Source: Octopus sinensis
Lineage: Eukaryota
Direction of reading: 5' to 3'
Assembly (NCBI RefSeq): GCF_006345805.1
Contig: NC_042998.1
Span: forward strand, 92,504,001-92,568,000
DNA: 64,000 bases
This document shows, piece after piece, positions 62,189-64,000 of the stretch. The position numbers and the translations under genes are program-made. The notes beneath the pieces were generated by a model that was not told the DNA's origin, did not search any database, and saw nothing but the letters and a program-made list of their open reading frames with translations. How positions within the stretch are numbered: the first letter of the stretch is position 1; each line of letters begins with the position of its first letter.

Positions 62189-63266
62189 TGTTATAATCAT
62201 ACTGTTCTTGCTCTACAGTAATATTACCTCACTAAATAATATTGCTGTTTATGAAAAATGGGGAAGAATACATGTTAAATGAATTAAGTATATTTGTTTC
62301 AGTTAAGAGACATATATTTGAGTGATTCGATTCATCATTATTGATCTTAAGGCTAATGAAATGAAGGTTTACTTCCTCAAACAGATATGCCACAAATCCT
62401 TAACCTTATCTCTCACTGCTCCTAAAACAAATGTGTATATATTGACAGGTTATAGACTAAAGGACAAACATTGTTTCCACAGTAATATTCAACAGATTGG
62501 TGAAACATATTCATCCAGATTTATATATCTGTCATCAAAGTTCACAAATGTAAGAAAATGGTAAAGGTCAAAAGAAAAGTGTTCATATAAATTTAATCAA
62601 AATAGATTAAGCTGTCTATGTATCATATTCAATGTATATACAGGCTAGTTACTGTGGTATTTATCCTGAGATGACATCTCTTATGGACATGATATGTTAA
62701 AATTGCAATAAATATTGAAGGGAAATGAAAATTATTGCAGCAGCTATCAGAGAGAATCTGAGATGCATTTTGACCTTTTTGGGCCTTTTCAATGACATGT
62801 ACTCACAGCTAGCTATATGCTTAGTTGAGAACTTGTTACTTCATATATAGTAAACAGTAAATAAAACATTCACTGGTGTTGTGAACAGCCAGTCAGCTGA
62901 AGAAAAATCTGCTAAACACAACTGAGGCAGTATTAAAATTTCAATAGCCATTTGTATATCATATTTAATGTATATATATCATTGATAGGCCAAATGCTGT
63001 AGTCCCTTTAATGCATGGTTTTTTTTTTTTTTTACACAGTATATCCATAAGAGATGTTATCTCAGAATATATACTGCAATAACTTGCCTATCAACAGTGT
63101 ATAGACATTAAATAATTATTGCAAAACCAGAATACAGATTGAGTTTGGATTTAAAAGAAAACTTGAATATATTTTAAGATTCAGTTGTCAATTTAGGAGC
63201 ATGTTAAATGGATAGATAATGGCAGTTATAAAATTACACTGAAGTTTATAAATATATGGTCTAAAG

Positions 63267-63475
63267 CAGTGGTTCTTAATCATTTATTGCCCATGGGCCT
63301 CTTTGATCCCTACTTTACTGGACTCCCATAGCCATTTACTGTGTACAAAAACTATTTTCTAATATTTTAAACTTAAGTATTACTAGGAATTATATATAAA
63401 AAAAGTCAAAATATTTTATGTATTGTAGAAATATAACCTATTTATTACATATCAATTTTAATAACAAAGTTCTAA
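63267..63475. mobile_element. hAT (Charlie-like) MITE fragment
   Basis: Starts cagtggttcttaa. Homologous to 27449-27660 in the opposite orientation. Confidence 0.6.
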
Positions 63476-63587
63476 AGGCTATGGGAGAAGGAACAGGAAA
63501 TTTCAAAAGCCAGCAACAAGTGAGCTGTGACCTACATATATGTTACTGAGCTGTTCTCTGTGGGCCTCAGGCCACTTATCTTTGAAG

Positions 63588-63910
63588 TTTTACTTGTTTC
63601 AGTTATTGGACACTGACCAAGGTGGGGTACCATTTTCAAGGGTTTAGTCGAACAAATCACCTCCAGTACTTATTTTTGTAAATCTGGCACTTATACTATT
63701 AGTCTCTTTCACCCAACTACCAAATTGCATAGATATAAACAAACCAACACTGGTTTCATGCAATGATGAGGATCAAAAATAAGCACTCACTCACTCACCC
63801 TCTCTCTCTCCCTCTCTCACACATATATATATACAATGGGCTTCCACATAGTTTCCATCTACCAAATTCACTCACAAGACATAGGCTGGCCCATGGCTAG
63901 AGTAGAAGAC
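63588..63910 (-). mobile_element. Family A SINE lacking its head
   Basis: Tail ttttacttgtttcagttattgg and body ctaccaaattcactcacaag. Confidence 0.75.
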
Positions 63911-64000
63911 ATTTGTGGAAGAGATAGACTCAGAAAGAACTGGGATGAGGTGGTGAAGCACAACCTTCGAACATTGGGCCTCACTGAGGCAATGACAAGC
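63911..64000 (+). mobile_element. RTE ORF C-terminal fragment (runs off the window)
   Basis: tgtggaagagatagactcagaaagaactgggatgaggtggtgaagcac encodes CGRDRLRKNWDEVVKH, homologous to 30850-30930. Confidence 0.85.

Overview
This is AT-rich, microsatellite-dense animal genomic DNA, almost certainly intronic or intergenic. The repeat families resemble those I recall from Octopus (coleoid cephalopod); that assignment is an inference, not a database result. No intact protein-coding gene is recognisable, and nearly all ORFs in the supplied track are spurious (microsatellites or antisense to repeats). The window is a mosaic of transposon relics: several tRNA-headed SINE families (CORE-like, Nin-domain-like, and CORE-head/RTE-tail chimeras), RTE and R4/Dong LINE fragments, a DD37D Tc1/mariner element, a Tigger/pogo fragment, piggyBac- and hAT-type MITEs, a non-autonomous Helitron, a Helentron-type element and two Penelope-like elements (PLEs). 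The most interesting signal is a set of minimal type I hammerhead ribozyme (HHR) motifs belonging to about five apparently unrelated small element families. Most sit in head-to-head inverted (fold-back) insertions, often inside (TA)n tracts. The best candidate for an undescribed system is a tRNA-headed (Pol III promoter) element with an HHR in its tail, inserted as a ~460-bp palindrome at 59.27-59.73 kb, with a collapsed copy at 11.94-12.05 kb. It looks like a SINE or retrozyme mobilised by Penelope-like machinery. Coordinates of decayed repeats are approximate because they were read by eye.
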